In this document: positions 9,059 to 17,586 of the stretch, one piece after another
Layout: each line of letters opens with the position of its first letter
Numbering within the stretch: the first letter of the stretch is position 1
Virus record (IMG/VR): IMGVR_UViG_3300026484_000284
Coordinates: 1 to 64,000 of that record
Source: a virus
Lineage: Duplodnaviria; Heunggongvirae; Uroviricota; Caudoviricetes
DNA length: 64,000 nt
Reading direction: 5' to 3' (one strand)
Made by a program: the position numbers and the translations under genes
The notes under the pieces: model-generated
The model's input: only the letters and a program-made list of their open reading frames with translations
Told to the model about the DNA's origin: nothing
Databases searched by the model: none

Positions 9059-10038
9059 TATATTTCCTTTTTGAGAAATTCTCTAATCATTTCATTTGCC
9101 AATGCTTGAATTTCCCTTCTAATAATTTTTTTGTCTGCTTTTGATAATTTAGTAACTTCTTCGTTATCTTTTTCAAAATCTTCCCATAAATCTTTTATAT
9201 ATAAACCAGAAATTTTATTGAATTGTTTCCAATCTTTTTTGACTTCTCCTTTTGAGAATAATCCGTGCAATCTACTTTCTGTGATGTATTTACTTCCTTC
9301 TTCAATAAATTTTTTCTGGTCTTCTGTCAATTCAAGTTTAACTATCTTTTTACCTTTATTCTTCTTTTCTTTAAATTTTTCATTTTTGTTTTTTAGTATT
9401 ACCCTGTTATTTCCGACTTTACCATCTATTTCGTATGGTCTAATAACATTACCCTCAGTGATGTTATTCTCAACTTCAACACCATTTTCTCTTGCTAAAA
9501 TTGAATCATAATCATTTTTATATTCTAAACACTCTTCAAAACTTCCTTCAAAAAGGTTTGGGACAAGTGGTATCTTAAAATTTTCACTATAAATTTCTAA
9601 TTGGTTAAACGGAATATATTGAGAATAACCCTCATCTCCTTCATCAAAATTCATTCTTATATCAAACATAATAAATTCATTCACTTCATCTTTGGGCAAG
9701 TATTTTACTCTTTTTTGTACTTTATTGCCATATAATTCTCCAAAAATTTGAACTGTATTACAATTATTTTGACTACATAAAAAAGTTCCTATTTTTTTAA
9801 AGTTTTCCTCATAATTGTCCGCTATTTGTTCCCAATTATAAAAACTCTCATTTTCATTCAATAGACCACTTCTTTTGGCATACTTAACATTGCCATCTTT
9901 ATCGATTATTGCTGAGAAATTAGCACCATCGACTTTTTCTGTAACACAGAATTTCTCATTATGAAATTTCGAATTTTTTATCATTTCGATTTCCTTTATT
10001 CTATATGAATTTTCAATAGAATTGTATTTTTTAAACAT
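9058..10038 (-). CDS. RNA ligase 2 (T4 Rnl2-like)
   Basis: N-terminus MFKKYNSIENSYRIKEI... closely resembles T4 Rnl2 (MFKKYSSLENHY...). Motif I lysine in EKVDGAN. Confidence 0.75.
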   Translation of the reverse strand: MFKKYNSIENSYRIKEIEMIKNSKFHNEKFCVTEKVDGANFSAIIDKDGNVKYAKRSGLLNENESFYNWEQIADNYEENFKKIGTFLCSQNNCNTVQIFGELYGNKVQKRVKYLPKDEVNEFIMFDIRMNFDEGDEGYSQYIPFNQLEIYSENFKIPLVPNLFEGSFEECLEYKNDYDSILARENGVEVENNITEGNVIRPYEIDGKVGNNRVILKNKNEKFKEKKNKGKKIVKLELTEDQKKFIEEGSKYITESRLHGLFSKGEVKKDWKQFNKISGLYIKDLWEDFEKDNEEVTKLSKADKKIIRREIQALANEMIREFLKKEI

Positions 10039-10157
10039 TTCTCCTCCTTTTTTTAAAATTTTTTATAATATAATTATAATATATTTTTTAAAAAAAATTA
10101 ACATTCTTTAAAAATTATTCCTTAAATAAATCTTAAATAAAGTGTTTATATTTAAGG

Positions 10158-10532
10158 TTAGATTTCATCAAGTATTTTTCCAGCAAGTGAAGCATTTTTA
10201 GTATATATATTTTTTATAAAGGTTTCCATAACATTTATATCAACTTCAAGAAATGAATGTCTTTGTTCTATTAAAAAATCTAAAAATTGAAATAGTGGAA
10301 CAAATTTTATTTCTCTTTTAATTTCATTTTCTTTTAAAAAAATATAATTATAAGTATAAATTAAAACAAATTTTTGCTCTTGAAATGATTGAAAAGTTTC
10401 TTCATCGAATTCCATTCCATTAGAATATAGAATTGATTTTAAAGTATCATAACTAACAACAGTAAAATAATTTTGAATTATGTTTTCTTGTGAAAGATTT
10501 TTTGTAGTGTTTTTTGATTTCTTATTTTTCAT
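10158..10532 (-). CDS. hypothetical protein (124 aa)
   Basis: Minus-strand ORF directly upstream of the tRNA cluster. No recognisable motif. Confidence 0.35.
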   Translation of the reverse strand: MKNKKSKNTTKNLSQENIIQNYFTVVSYDTLKSILYSNGMEFDEETFQSFQEQKFVLIYTYNYIFLKENEIKREIKFVPLFQFLDFLIEQRHSFLEVDINVMETFIKNIYTKNASLAGKILDEI

Positions 10533-10594
10533 TTTTATTCCTTTTTGTAGTATTTAAAGGAATTATGAAGATTTTTGTTATTTATATAATTTTA

Positions 10595-10684
10595 TGGCAG
10601 TGGATGTGGGATTCGAACCCACGGATGCTGTTACACATCAACGGTTTTCAAGACCGCCACCTTCGACCACTCAGACAACCCACT
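10595..10684 (-). tRNA. tRNA-Ser (anticodon UGA), long variable arm, CCA encoded
   Basis: The reverse complement folds as a cloverleaf. Acceptor AGTGGGT/ATCCACT. Anticodon stem GCGGT/ACCGT with loop CTTGAAA. Long extra arm. T-loop GGTTCGAATCC. Confidence 0.7.
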
Positions 10685-10720
10685 TCTTAAATTTATTAAA
10701 ATATAGTTCTTAATTTTTTA

Positions 10721-10796
10721 TGGTATTCCTAACGGGATTTGAACCCGTAATGCTACCTTGAAAGGGTAGTGAGATAACCAATTTCTCCATAGGAAC
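10721..10796 (-). tRNA. tRNA-Glu (anticodon UUC), CCA encoded
   Basis: Acceptor GTTCCTA/TAGGAAT. Anticodon stem CTACC/GGTAG with loop CTTTCAA. T-loop GGTTCAAATCC. Confidence 0.65.
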
Positions 10797-10814
10797 ATTT
10801 TTTAATAACTTTTA

Positions 10815-10890
10815 TGGTAGTCTTAGGAAGAATTGAACTTCCATTTCCCGATTATCAGTCGAGTGTTCTAACCATTTGAACTATAAGACT
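10815..10890 (-). tRNA. tRNA-Ile (anticodon GAU), CCA encoded
   Basis: Acceptor AGTCTTA/TAAGACT. Anticodon loop CTGATAA. T-loop AGTTCAATTCT. Confidence 0.6.
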
Positions 10891-10893
10891 TTA

Positions 10894-10967
10894 TGGATCC
10901 AAGTGAAGGATTCGAACCCTCATAAGTTGTCCCAAAAACAACTGTCCTACCATTAGACGAACTTGGA
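10894..10967 (-). tRNA. tRNA-Gln (anticodon UUG), CCA encoded, U1-A72
   Basis: Acceptor TCCAAGT/ACTTGGA is a perfect 7 bp stem. Anticodon stem GTTGT/ACAAC with loop TTTTGGG. T-loop GGTTCGAATCC. Confidence 0.65.
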
Positions 10968-11268
10968 ACATTAAATGGTCTAAAAAGACCATTTATACAA
11001 ATAAGACCATTTATTTGATTTTAAAGTGAAAATAAACTTCACTATTATTCTTAATGATAATGAAAGGTTCTTTTATTTAACGACTTTGAAATGTATAAAC
11101 TTCCATTATCTTCCATATATAAATATAAGGAACATTTTTAAAAGTCGTGAGATAAACTCAATAAAAAACTTTGAAGGGTAAAAATGTGTTAGTTTAAAAT
11201 TTTTAAATAAGGAACCCTTTTTAAAGTTTTTTATTGAGTTTATTAAAATAAGTTTAATAAGCACTTTG

Positions 11269-11341
11269 CTCTCCCGCTAGGATTCGAACCTAGGACATCC
11301 TGATTAACAGTCAGGTGTTCTACCAACTGAACTACGGGAGA
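11269..11341 (-). tRNA. tRNA-Asn (anticodon GUU); 3' end reads G-CAA, so no CCA is encoded
   Basis: Acceptor TCTCCCG/CGGGAGA. Anticodon stem CCTGA/TCAGG with loop CTGTTAA. T-loop GGTTCGAATCC. Confidence 0.65.
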
Positions 11342-11435
11342 ACAAAATGCTCACAATTTCAATAAAAAACTTTGTAGTGTAAAATTAACCTAATTTAAGG
11401 AACACTATTAAAAGTTTTTTATTGAAATTGTTTTG

Positions 11436-11588
11436 AAATTATAACAAAAAAGTTAAAATAAATTAACTTATTTTGTTAAATTATTTAAGTAAAACGATTT
11501 GCTTTCATCATCTTTTCGTCTTTATAATTATAACAAAAAAGTTAAAATAAATCAACCTATTTTAACACTTTTTGTTAAATTATTTAAA
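11436..11588 (-). promoter_or_regulatory. tandem pair of promoter-like repeats (~55-65 bp each) upstream of the tRNA cluster
   Basis: Two copies of ATAATTATAACAAAAAAGTTAAAATAAAT(T/C)AAC..TATTTT..TTAAATTATTTAA. The minus strand reads TTGATT-N17-TATAAT. Confidence 0.45.
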
Positions 11589-11598
11589 AAAATTGAAT

Positions 11599-12945
11599 TT
11601 AAAAAAATCCAATATCTCCTAAACTTGCTTTTTTCTCTAACTCCCAACCAACAGGTTCCAAAATCGCTTTAATAGGTGCTTCAATGATTTTTTCATATTG
11701 AATATCTTTATCAATATATTTAACTAAATCTGCATCTATTAAAAAGTTTTCATCTTGAAATCCAATAACATTTTGACCTATTGGGTTCGGTATTTTCAAG
11801 TAAATGAATTTAAGTTTAGAACCATTTTCTATTCTTTGATATCTTTCGGTCAATTTTAATTTTTCAATCAATTCATTATGAAGAATTGCTGCTCTACTAT
11901 TCATTGGTGCTGACAATTTTTTGTTATTTTCGTGCTTATAAAAGTTTTCACCTTCTCTTTCATAATCAATACTATTAACACCACTAATTCTAGAACATTC
12001 AGGAACTTTTTTCGGGTCTTCAAGTGCTTCATAATACTCTTTTTTGACACTTTTAAAATAACTTTGAATATCTTTTTCTGTCTTTAATAGTGTCATTTCA
12101 AGTCCTGTTTTCAAATGTTCTTTAGCAAATTCAGGAGTTGAACTTCTTACAACCTCTAATCCTGTTACGGCAATTTTAGGTCTTCCAAAATAAGCACCCT
12201 CATCATAAGTTTTGGCAACAGCATATTTTTTCTTCGCAACGAATAAACCTGAAACCATAACTTTCTCAACTTTTGCCCCCATAAATCCGACTTCGAATAA
12301 ATTGAATGTATCCATAAGAAAATCGACAGTTTCGTTTATTATAGGTTGAATTTTAGTTTCTACGAAAGAAATAATTTTTTTAGTGATTTCAATAACTTCA
12401 TCTTCGGTTAAGTCATTAACATCTTTTTTATATTTCTCAAGCAGTTTTTTACCTATTCTATTTATAGAAACATAACCTGAATTATGACTTAAAATATCAT
12501 TCGCAAAAAAAGTATGATTGTCTTCCACTTCAATATCATAAACATAATTCGTAGTTTTAGGTAATTTAACTATACTAAAATTAGGTGTGAATTTAATGTT
12601 CCCATCTTCTAGAAAAATCAACATATCGTTAAATTTTATTTCGTTTGGAGTTACTTCAATAACTTCATTATCCCTTAAAACCATAATTCCGTGGTCTTCT
12701 GTTATAGTTATTGAGTAATTTTCATCTGTGCTAAATTCAAATTTATAAAGATATTTGTTTGTTTTATGTCTAACTATATTTAAAATCTTTTTTTCTTCAA
12801 TTCCATTATCAAGTTCAAGGAATGATTTAGTATATAAATTTTCATTACTCAAATCTATAATTTCCTTGAAACCCTTATGTGCTTCAATTTTTTTGACTTT
12901 ATCTTTATATTTATTGAATAATTTTTCAATTTGAATTTTTGTCAT
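11599..12945 (-). CDS. family-B DNA polymerase C-terminal fragment (thumb, KKRY motif), preceded by ~158 aa carrying intein blocks B, F and G
   Basis: ITITEDHGIMV (block B, TxxH). VYDIEVEDNHTFFANDILSHN|S (block G, terminal HN, +1 Ser). Then GYVSINRIG...LFVAKKKYAV (KKRY motif). Own SD AAGGAAAAATATG. Confidence 0.8.
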   Translation of the reverse strand: MTKIQIEKLFNKYKDKVKKIEAHKGFKEIIDLSNENLYTKSFLELDNGIEEKKILNIVRHKTNKYLYKFEFSTDENYSITITEDHGIMVLRDNEVIEVTPNEIKFNDMLIFLEDGNIKFTPNFSIVKLPKTTNYVYDIEVEDNHTFFANDILSHNSGYVSINRIGKKLLEKYKKDVNDLTEDEVIEITKKIISFVETKIQPIINETVDFLMDTFNLFEVGFMGAKVEKVMVSGLFVAKKKYAVAKTYDEGAYFGRPKIAVTGLEVVRSSTPEFAKEHLKTGLEMTLLKTEKDIQSYFKSVKKEYYEALEDPKKVPECSRISGVNSIDYEREGENFYKHENNKKLSAPMNSRAAILHNELIEKLKLTERYQRIENGSKLKFIYLKIPNPIGQNVIGFQDENFLIDADLVKYIDKDIQYEKIIEAPIKAILEPVGWELEKKASLGDIGFF

Positions 12946-12959
12946 ATTTTTCCTTTTTT

Positions 12960-13544
12960 TTAAAGAATTTTCATTTTCTTTAGGTCCTCAATATATCCAA
13001 CTACATAAGCAGCAATTTTTTGAATTCTTTTATAAGGTTTTTTGCCAAAAATTTTAGTATGTGAAACAGAAATGTTTTTTGTATTTTCGTTAAATGTTAC
13101 TAAAACCTTTTGATTGTATTTCCAATCCTCTACAAGTATATCAATTTGATTAGGTCTACATAAAACTATACCTTTAACATTCTTTAAATCTTTATTGATA
13201 TTTTCTTCCATAAGTTCTGGATTAAAAAATTTATTGACTTCATTATTAACATTTACATCTTCTTTTTTAAGGTATGTATCGACACTTGAACCCTGTAAAA
13301 TCCCTTGTAAAAAAAGTAAATTTTCTGTTTTATCTGTACCTAATTTTTTACCATAATGCCCGACAGAGTAAATTTTTAATTTACCATTTTTTGAAGGTGT
13401 TATTTTTAACTTTATTTTATCATCTTTATTAACATAAATCACATCTCTTTGATAAAGAAATGGTATTTTTTTAGTATCTAAAAAATTAGCAACTTTTCCC
13501 AATCTTCCTTCAAATTTGAATGAATTTAAAAACCTTTTTTCCAT
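12960..13544 (-). CDS. hypothetical protein (194 aa) inserted inside the split polymerase locus
   Basis: ORF in the same frame as the upstream 78-aa ORF, separated from it by a single TAA. No clear HNH, GIY-YIG or LAGLIDADG motif. Confidence 0.4.
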   Translation of the reverse strand: MEKRFLNSFKFEGRLGKVANFLDTKKIPFLYQRDVIYVNKDDKIKLKITPSKNGKLKIYSVGHYGKKLGTDKTENLLFLQGILQGSSVDTYLKKEDVNVNNEVNKFFNPELMEENINKDLKNVKGIVLCRPNQIDILVEDWKYNQKVLVTFNENTKNISVSHTKIFGKKPYKRIQKIAAYVVGYIEDLKKMKIL

Positions 13545-13781
13545 TTATACTCCTTCATTTATTTTTGTTAATTCTTTTTTTAAATCGTTTTCATCTACGA
13601 AAATAATCTTTTCAATAAGATTACCTGCTTGATAAACTTTTACACCTAAAACATCTTCAAATTCTATAATTTCATCTTCAAGAATAATAGTTACTTTTGC
13701 TTTGTCATTGATAAAATCAACTTCATATGAATTGAATTTGTTATATGCGATGATTCTATCTGATTGAATAATCATTATCAT
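13545..13781 (-). CDS. hypothetical protein (78 aa)
   Basis: Immediately downstream of a consensus promoter at 13803..13838. In frame with the 194-aa ORF across one TAA. Confidence 0.35.
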   Translation of the reverse strand: MIMIIQSDRIIAYNKFNSYEVDFINDKAKVTIILEDEIIEFEDVLGVKVYQAGNLIEKIIFVDENDLKKELTKINEGV

Positions 13782-13802
13782 TTTTGTTCCTTATGTTTTT
13801 AT

Positions 13803-13838
13803 ATTATAATTATAACAAAATAAAATCAAAAAGTCAAG
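13803..13838 (-). promoter_or_regulatory. consensus sigma70-type promoter (TTGACT-N17-TATAAT on minus strand) inside the polymerase split
   Basis: Plus strand reads ATTATAATTATAACAAAATAAAATCAAAAAGTCAAGT. Confidence 0.5.
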
Positions 13839-13874
13839 TAAAATTTAATTTAATTTTGACTTTTTATTAACTTT

Positions 13875-15836
13875 TTAAGCACTTTTTAAATAAATTTCTG
13901 TATTTCCTAAAACACTGTCAGTATCTTGATAAATGATTTTTGACACTTCACTTTTTTCAATATCACTTAAATACTTATCTATATTTTGTCCAGTTAATCT
14001 GTTTAATAATCTACTCATAAAAGTAATACTTGCGGCATTATCTCTATTGAATAATATAAATGCAGCATTTGAAATAGCACCATATAAACTATTTATCTGG
14101 ATTTTTTTTGCCATTTGAATTGCATCTTTAACATTCGCATAAGTTTCTAAAACACTTAAATTCTCAATGTCTTTAATTTTAATATCATAAACATTTTCCC
14201 AAGTGATTTCGTCATTATCGATTTTTTCAATAATTTCATTGACACTTATTAAAGTTGTGCCTTTTTCATTACTTATAATCGCATTAGCAAGTAGCATTCT
14301 ATTCTTTTCTTTCTTTCTATCGTAGTAAATACTTTTAACAATTTCAGGAACAATTCCTTTGATATCTTTTCTATAAAAAGCACAACCAGCAAAACTTAAA
14401 TTATATTTATGGGTTACCATTTTGATGTATCTCATCATTTTTTCATTTTTTAGTAACTTACTCTCATCTTCATCTTTTAAGTAATCTACAATTTTCTTTG
14501 CTTCTTCTGGCAATTCATTATATTGGATATAAGTTGTCGCACATATATTACAGGTATTAATAATTGACGGGAACAGTGAATTATAATCATAACTAAATAA
14601 CCACTCGTGTTTCCCTTTTATAGGATTTTTAACAAAACCACCTACAATGGATTTATCTAATTTACCATTCATACTATCTTCAGGCATAATGAGTTTTCTT
14701 TTCAACCCTAAATGTGTTAAAAATACTGCCCAAGGTTTAACTGTCGCTAATACATCATCCATATTGGCGCCCATTTCCCAGGACATAACCCCAACAATAT
14801 CGAAAAATTTAAGATTATTTTCAAGGTTATTTAAAGTTTCCACATCCATAATTGAATATTCGAAGAACCCATCGTAGTCTTTCTCATAAAATTCATAAAT
14901 ACTCGAAAAATGTTTATAACTAACTTTTCCTTCTCCTTGTTTTAAGTGAATTTTAGTAATGTATTCCAATGTATAAGATGGTAAATCTCCATAAGTAAAT
15001 TTTCTATAAACTTCATAATAATCCAATAAATAATGCCCTGCCATTTTAATTTTGCAGGTATCAACTTTATATAATTTTTCGTCTGTGTTTCTAATAAAGT
15101 CAAGTATCTTATCAAGACTATAATACTTTTTATAAGAACCATCTTTCAACTTGAAATCTATTTTAATTGAATAATCACTTAATGGACTAAATATCTTAGG
15201 ATCTAAACCAACTTGAATTGCTTTAAAAAATATATAAGGATAATCGAAAAGGTGTCCATTATATGCTGTTATAATGGTTGGGTTTAGTTTTTTGATGATT
15301 GTGGCATATCTTTCTAGAATATCTTTATCATCTTTACATTTTATAAATTTTACTTTATTCCATTTTTTCTTCAATTCAAGTGAAGGTTCTTTTGTATAAA
15401 GGATTATCACTTGACCCGTCTCACTATCTTTCATTTGAATATGTGTTATTGGTGCTTTCGCCAAATGAGGTTTTGGGAATTCTCTATTTTTTAAGTCAAT
15501 AGTTTCAATATCAAGATATAAAATTCTAGGTTTTTTATATTCACTTTGCCAAAATTGATGGGCATAAATTATATCCTGTGGCAACTTGATAATAGTTTTC
15601 ATATCTTTATAAGTGTTATAATAATCTTCCATTGCTTTTTTAGTTGGAAATGTTCTTTTTTTCAATTTTGTTTTAAAGTCAATAAAGGTATATTCACCTT
15701 CAGAATCTTGCTCAAATAAAGTCCATTTGAATGTCGCTTTATTGAATTTTCCATCTATTCTTGTATAGTATTCAAAACCACTTTTAAAAATTCCTTCTAA
15801 CATATTTCTCCTTTGTATTTTTATAATTATAATCAA
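13875..15836 (-). CDS. family-B DNA polymerase N-terminal fragment (3'-5' exo + palm, T4 gp43-like), ending in a 13-aa intein block-A-like tail
   Basis: Exo I LYLDIETID, Exo II YNGHLFDYPY, Exo III YSIMDVETL. Motif A DYNSLFPSII, motif B KIQINSLYGA, motif C YQDTDS. Then VLGNTEIYLKSA-stop. Confidence 0.85.
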   Translation of the reverse strand: MIIIIKIQRRNMLEGIFKSGFEYYTRIDGKFNKATFKWTLFEQDSEGEYTFIDFKTKLKKRTFPTKKAMEDYYNTYKDMKTIIKLPQDIIYAHQFWQSEYKKPRILYLDIETIDLKNREFPKPHLAKAPITHIQMKDSETGQVIILYTKEPSLELKKKWNKVKFIKCKDDKDILERYATIIKKLNPTIITAYNGHLFDYPYIFFKAIQVGLDPKIFSPLSDYSIKIDFKLKDGSYKKYYSLDKILDFIRNTDEKLYKVDTCKIKMAGHYLLDYYEVYRKFTYGDLPSYTLEYITKIHLKQGEGKVSYKHFSSIYEFYEKDYDGFFEYSIMDVETLNNLENNLKFFDIVGVMSWEMGANMDDVLATVKPWAVFLTHLGLKRKLIMPEDSMNGKLDKSIVGGFVKNPIKGKHEWLFSYDYNSLFPSIINTCNICATTYIQYNELPEEAKKIVDYLKDEDESKLLKNEKMMRYIKMVTHKYNLSFAGCAFYRKDIKGIVPEIVKSIYYDRKKEKNRMLLANAIISNEKGTTLISVNEIIEKIDNDEITWENVYDIKIKDIENLSVLETYANVKDAIQMAKKIQINSLYGAISNAAFILFNRDNAASITFMSRLLNRLTGQNIDKYLSDIEKSEVSKIIYQDTDSVLGNTEIYLKSA

Positions 15837-15874
15837 TTATAAAAAATTATTAACTCTAATTTTTAATATAACTT

Positions 15875-16945
15875 CTAATGTATAAGTTTTAATTTTATTT
15901 CTGCTTCAAATCCTGTATAGATATTCTTTTTAATCATCTTAGTAATTTTAAATTCTGTATCTTTTTTACCATTCATTTTAGCAGTTTTTAAAATTTCATT
16001 AAAGTCTTTATATGGTATATCATCCCAGATGAAAACACTATAATTTTTAGCATATTTTTTTGATTTTTCCCAACTTGTCATATCTAAATACTGATTATCC
16101 AGACAAAATGTTATTTTTTTATAATGTTTTAAAATGTCATTATTAACATCCGAACCTAATCCCGCTATTTTGTTTTTGAGTGGCATATCGTTTGATAACA
16201 TATCAAAAACACTCTCAAAAACATAAACTTCATCAGTGGTATTAAAATAATTAAAGACCTTAAAATTAGTATTTTCTTCAGGCAAATAAGTAAAAAAGTG
16301 TTTTCTATCTATAGAACGATATTGAAATCCATACCATTTATTATCTTTCAATAAAGGTATAACTATGCCATTTTTTAAATTTATTTCTTTTTCTTCACCT
16401 TTAACATTTAATTTATAAGTACCATTAGCATAATAAAAAAGTTTAAAATGATTTACATTTATACCCCTTGAATAAAGATATCTCATTCCTATTTTGCTTT
16501 CTGTAATTGGTATAAATGGATTATCTATAAACTTTAATTTGACATCTTTTTCTGCAAGGTGTAATTTTTCATCAAAAGATAAAGACTCTTGTAAGGAATT
16601 TAAACTACCAAATCCTTTCTCGTGATTGTATGAGTTAAGTAAATTAAGGTCAAATTCTTTTAAGTAATTGTAAAAAGTTTTATGATAACCACAATTAAAA
16701 CAATGAACTAAATAAGTATCTTTCATTTTATATAAATGAAATCTTTGTTTTTTCCCAGCACTTCTTCCTTCATTACAAATAGGGCACCCTATTGCCACAT
16801 CATTCGTTGATATTTGTGCCTTCCTGTCCCAAGTAGGTTGAGTCTGGAGAAAATATCTTTTTTCAATCTCCATAATTACTTCCTTCATTTTTAAAATTAA
16901 TTCTTTTAATATAATCAATTTTTTCGTTTGTATCCATTGATTCAT
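15875..16945 (-). CDS. DNA primase (T4 gp61-like; N-terminal zinc ribbon + TOPRIM)
   Basis: CPICNEG...CFNCG zinc ribbon. Downstream acidic TOPRIM-like segments. Position next to the polymerase. Confidence 0.55.
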   Translation of the reverse strand: MNQWIQTKKLIILKELILKMKEVIMEIEKRYFLQTQPTWDRKAQISTNDVAIGCPICNEGRSAGKKQRFHLYKMKDTYLVHCFNCGYHKTFYNYLKEFDLNLLNSYNHEKGFGSLNSLQESLSFDEKLHLAEKDVKLKFIDNPFIPITESKIGMRYLYSRGINVNHFKLFYYANGTYKLNVKGEEKEINLKNGIVIPLLKDNKWYGFQYRSIDRKHFFTYLPEENTNFKVFNYFNTTDEVYVFESVFDMLSNDMPLKNKIAGLGSDVNNDILKHYKKITFCLDNQYLDMTSWEKSKKYAKNYSVFIWDDIPYKDFNEILKTAKMNGKKDTEFKITKMIKKNIYTGFEAEIKLKLIH

Positions 16946-17465
16946 AAACGACTTTACTCAATTCATCTAATCCATTATCATAAACAAATTTTGAAAAATC
17001 ACAATTTTTTCTAACATAATCTAAAATAGTCGCATTTAAAACCTTTTGAATTTCATTAACTTTTTCTTGGTATTCATTAAGAATTACTTTTTGTTTTTCT
17101 TTTGTTAATACATCGCTCACTCTGATTGTGCTAAATCCTTTTTCACTATTTTCTTTTCGAAGAACATCATCTTCGAAAAGAATTTTTGCTTTAACTTTGT
17201 CATAATCTAGATAAAACATAACTTCGAATTCATAATCCTTCATCTCTTCATCGACTTTTATAATTTGTGATAATTTAATTGGCGCTGCCCAATTATCTAA
17301 AAGTCCTTCAAATTCTTTTTCAATAACTTTTATAATTTGACCACTTTTTTCAAAATCCATAAATGCTCCATCAGATAGTTGTCTGTTACATACATATATT
17401 TCATTACTCGATAAAACACTTTCTTCAAAAGTTTTCAAATTTCTTGTATCAATGATTTTTTTCAT
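16863..17465 (-). CDS. hypothetical protein (200 aa)
   Basis: Minus-strand ORF after the promoter at 17505..17541. Overlaps the primase start by ~80 nt. Confidence 0.35.
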   Translation of the reverse strand: MKKIIDTRNLKTFEESVLSSNEIYVCNRQLSDGAFMDFEKSGQIIKVIEKEFEGLLDNWAAPIKLSQIIKVDEEMKDYEFEVMFYLDYDKVKAKILFEDDVLRKENSEKGFSTIRVSDVLTKEKQKVILNEYQEKVNEIQKVLNATILDYVRKNCDFSKFVYDNGLDELSKVVYESMDTNEKIDYIKRINFKNEGSNYGD

Positions 17466-17504
17466 GTGATTTCCTTTTTATTATATTCAATTTTTTATTT
17501 CTTA

Positions 17505-17541
17505 CATTATAATTATAACAAAAAAAGAAATAAAAGTCAAG
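17505..17541 (-). promoter_or_regulatory. consensus sigma70-type promoter
   Basis: Plus strand reads CATTATAATTATAACAAAAAAAGAAATAAAAGTCAAG. Confidence 0.5.
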
Positions 17542-17586
17542 TATAATATAAAAAATTATACTTTTTTATTAAATTTTTATTAAATT

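Noticed and set aside
11157-11240. tRNA-like pseudogene between tRNA-Gln and tRNA-Asn
   Set aside because: There is no GTTCGAATCC-type T-loop and no cloverleaf. Only a long single stem with a large loop is present. It is treated as a structured spacer.
12960-13544. Possible LAGLIDADG homing endonuclease in the 194-aa ORF (LFLQGILQGSS)
   Set aside because: The segment lacks the acidic residues of the LAGLIDADG motif. No second copy and no HNH or GIY-YIG signature is visible. It is kept as hypothetical.
16863-16945. 83-nt overlap between the primase start and the upstream 200-aa ORF as evidence for frameshifting
   Set aside because: This is more simply explained by the primase using a later in-frame start. 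No slippery sequence is seen.
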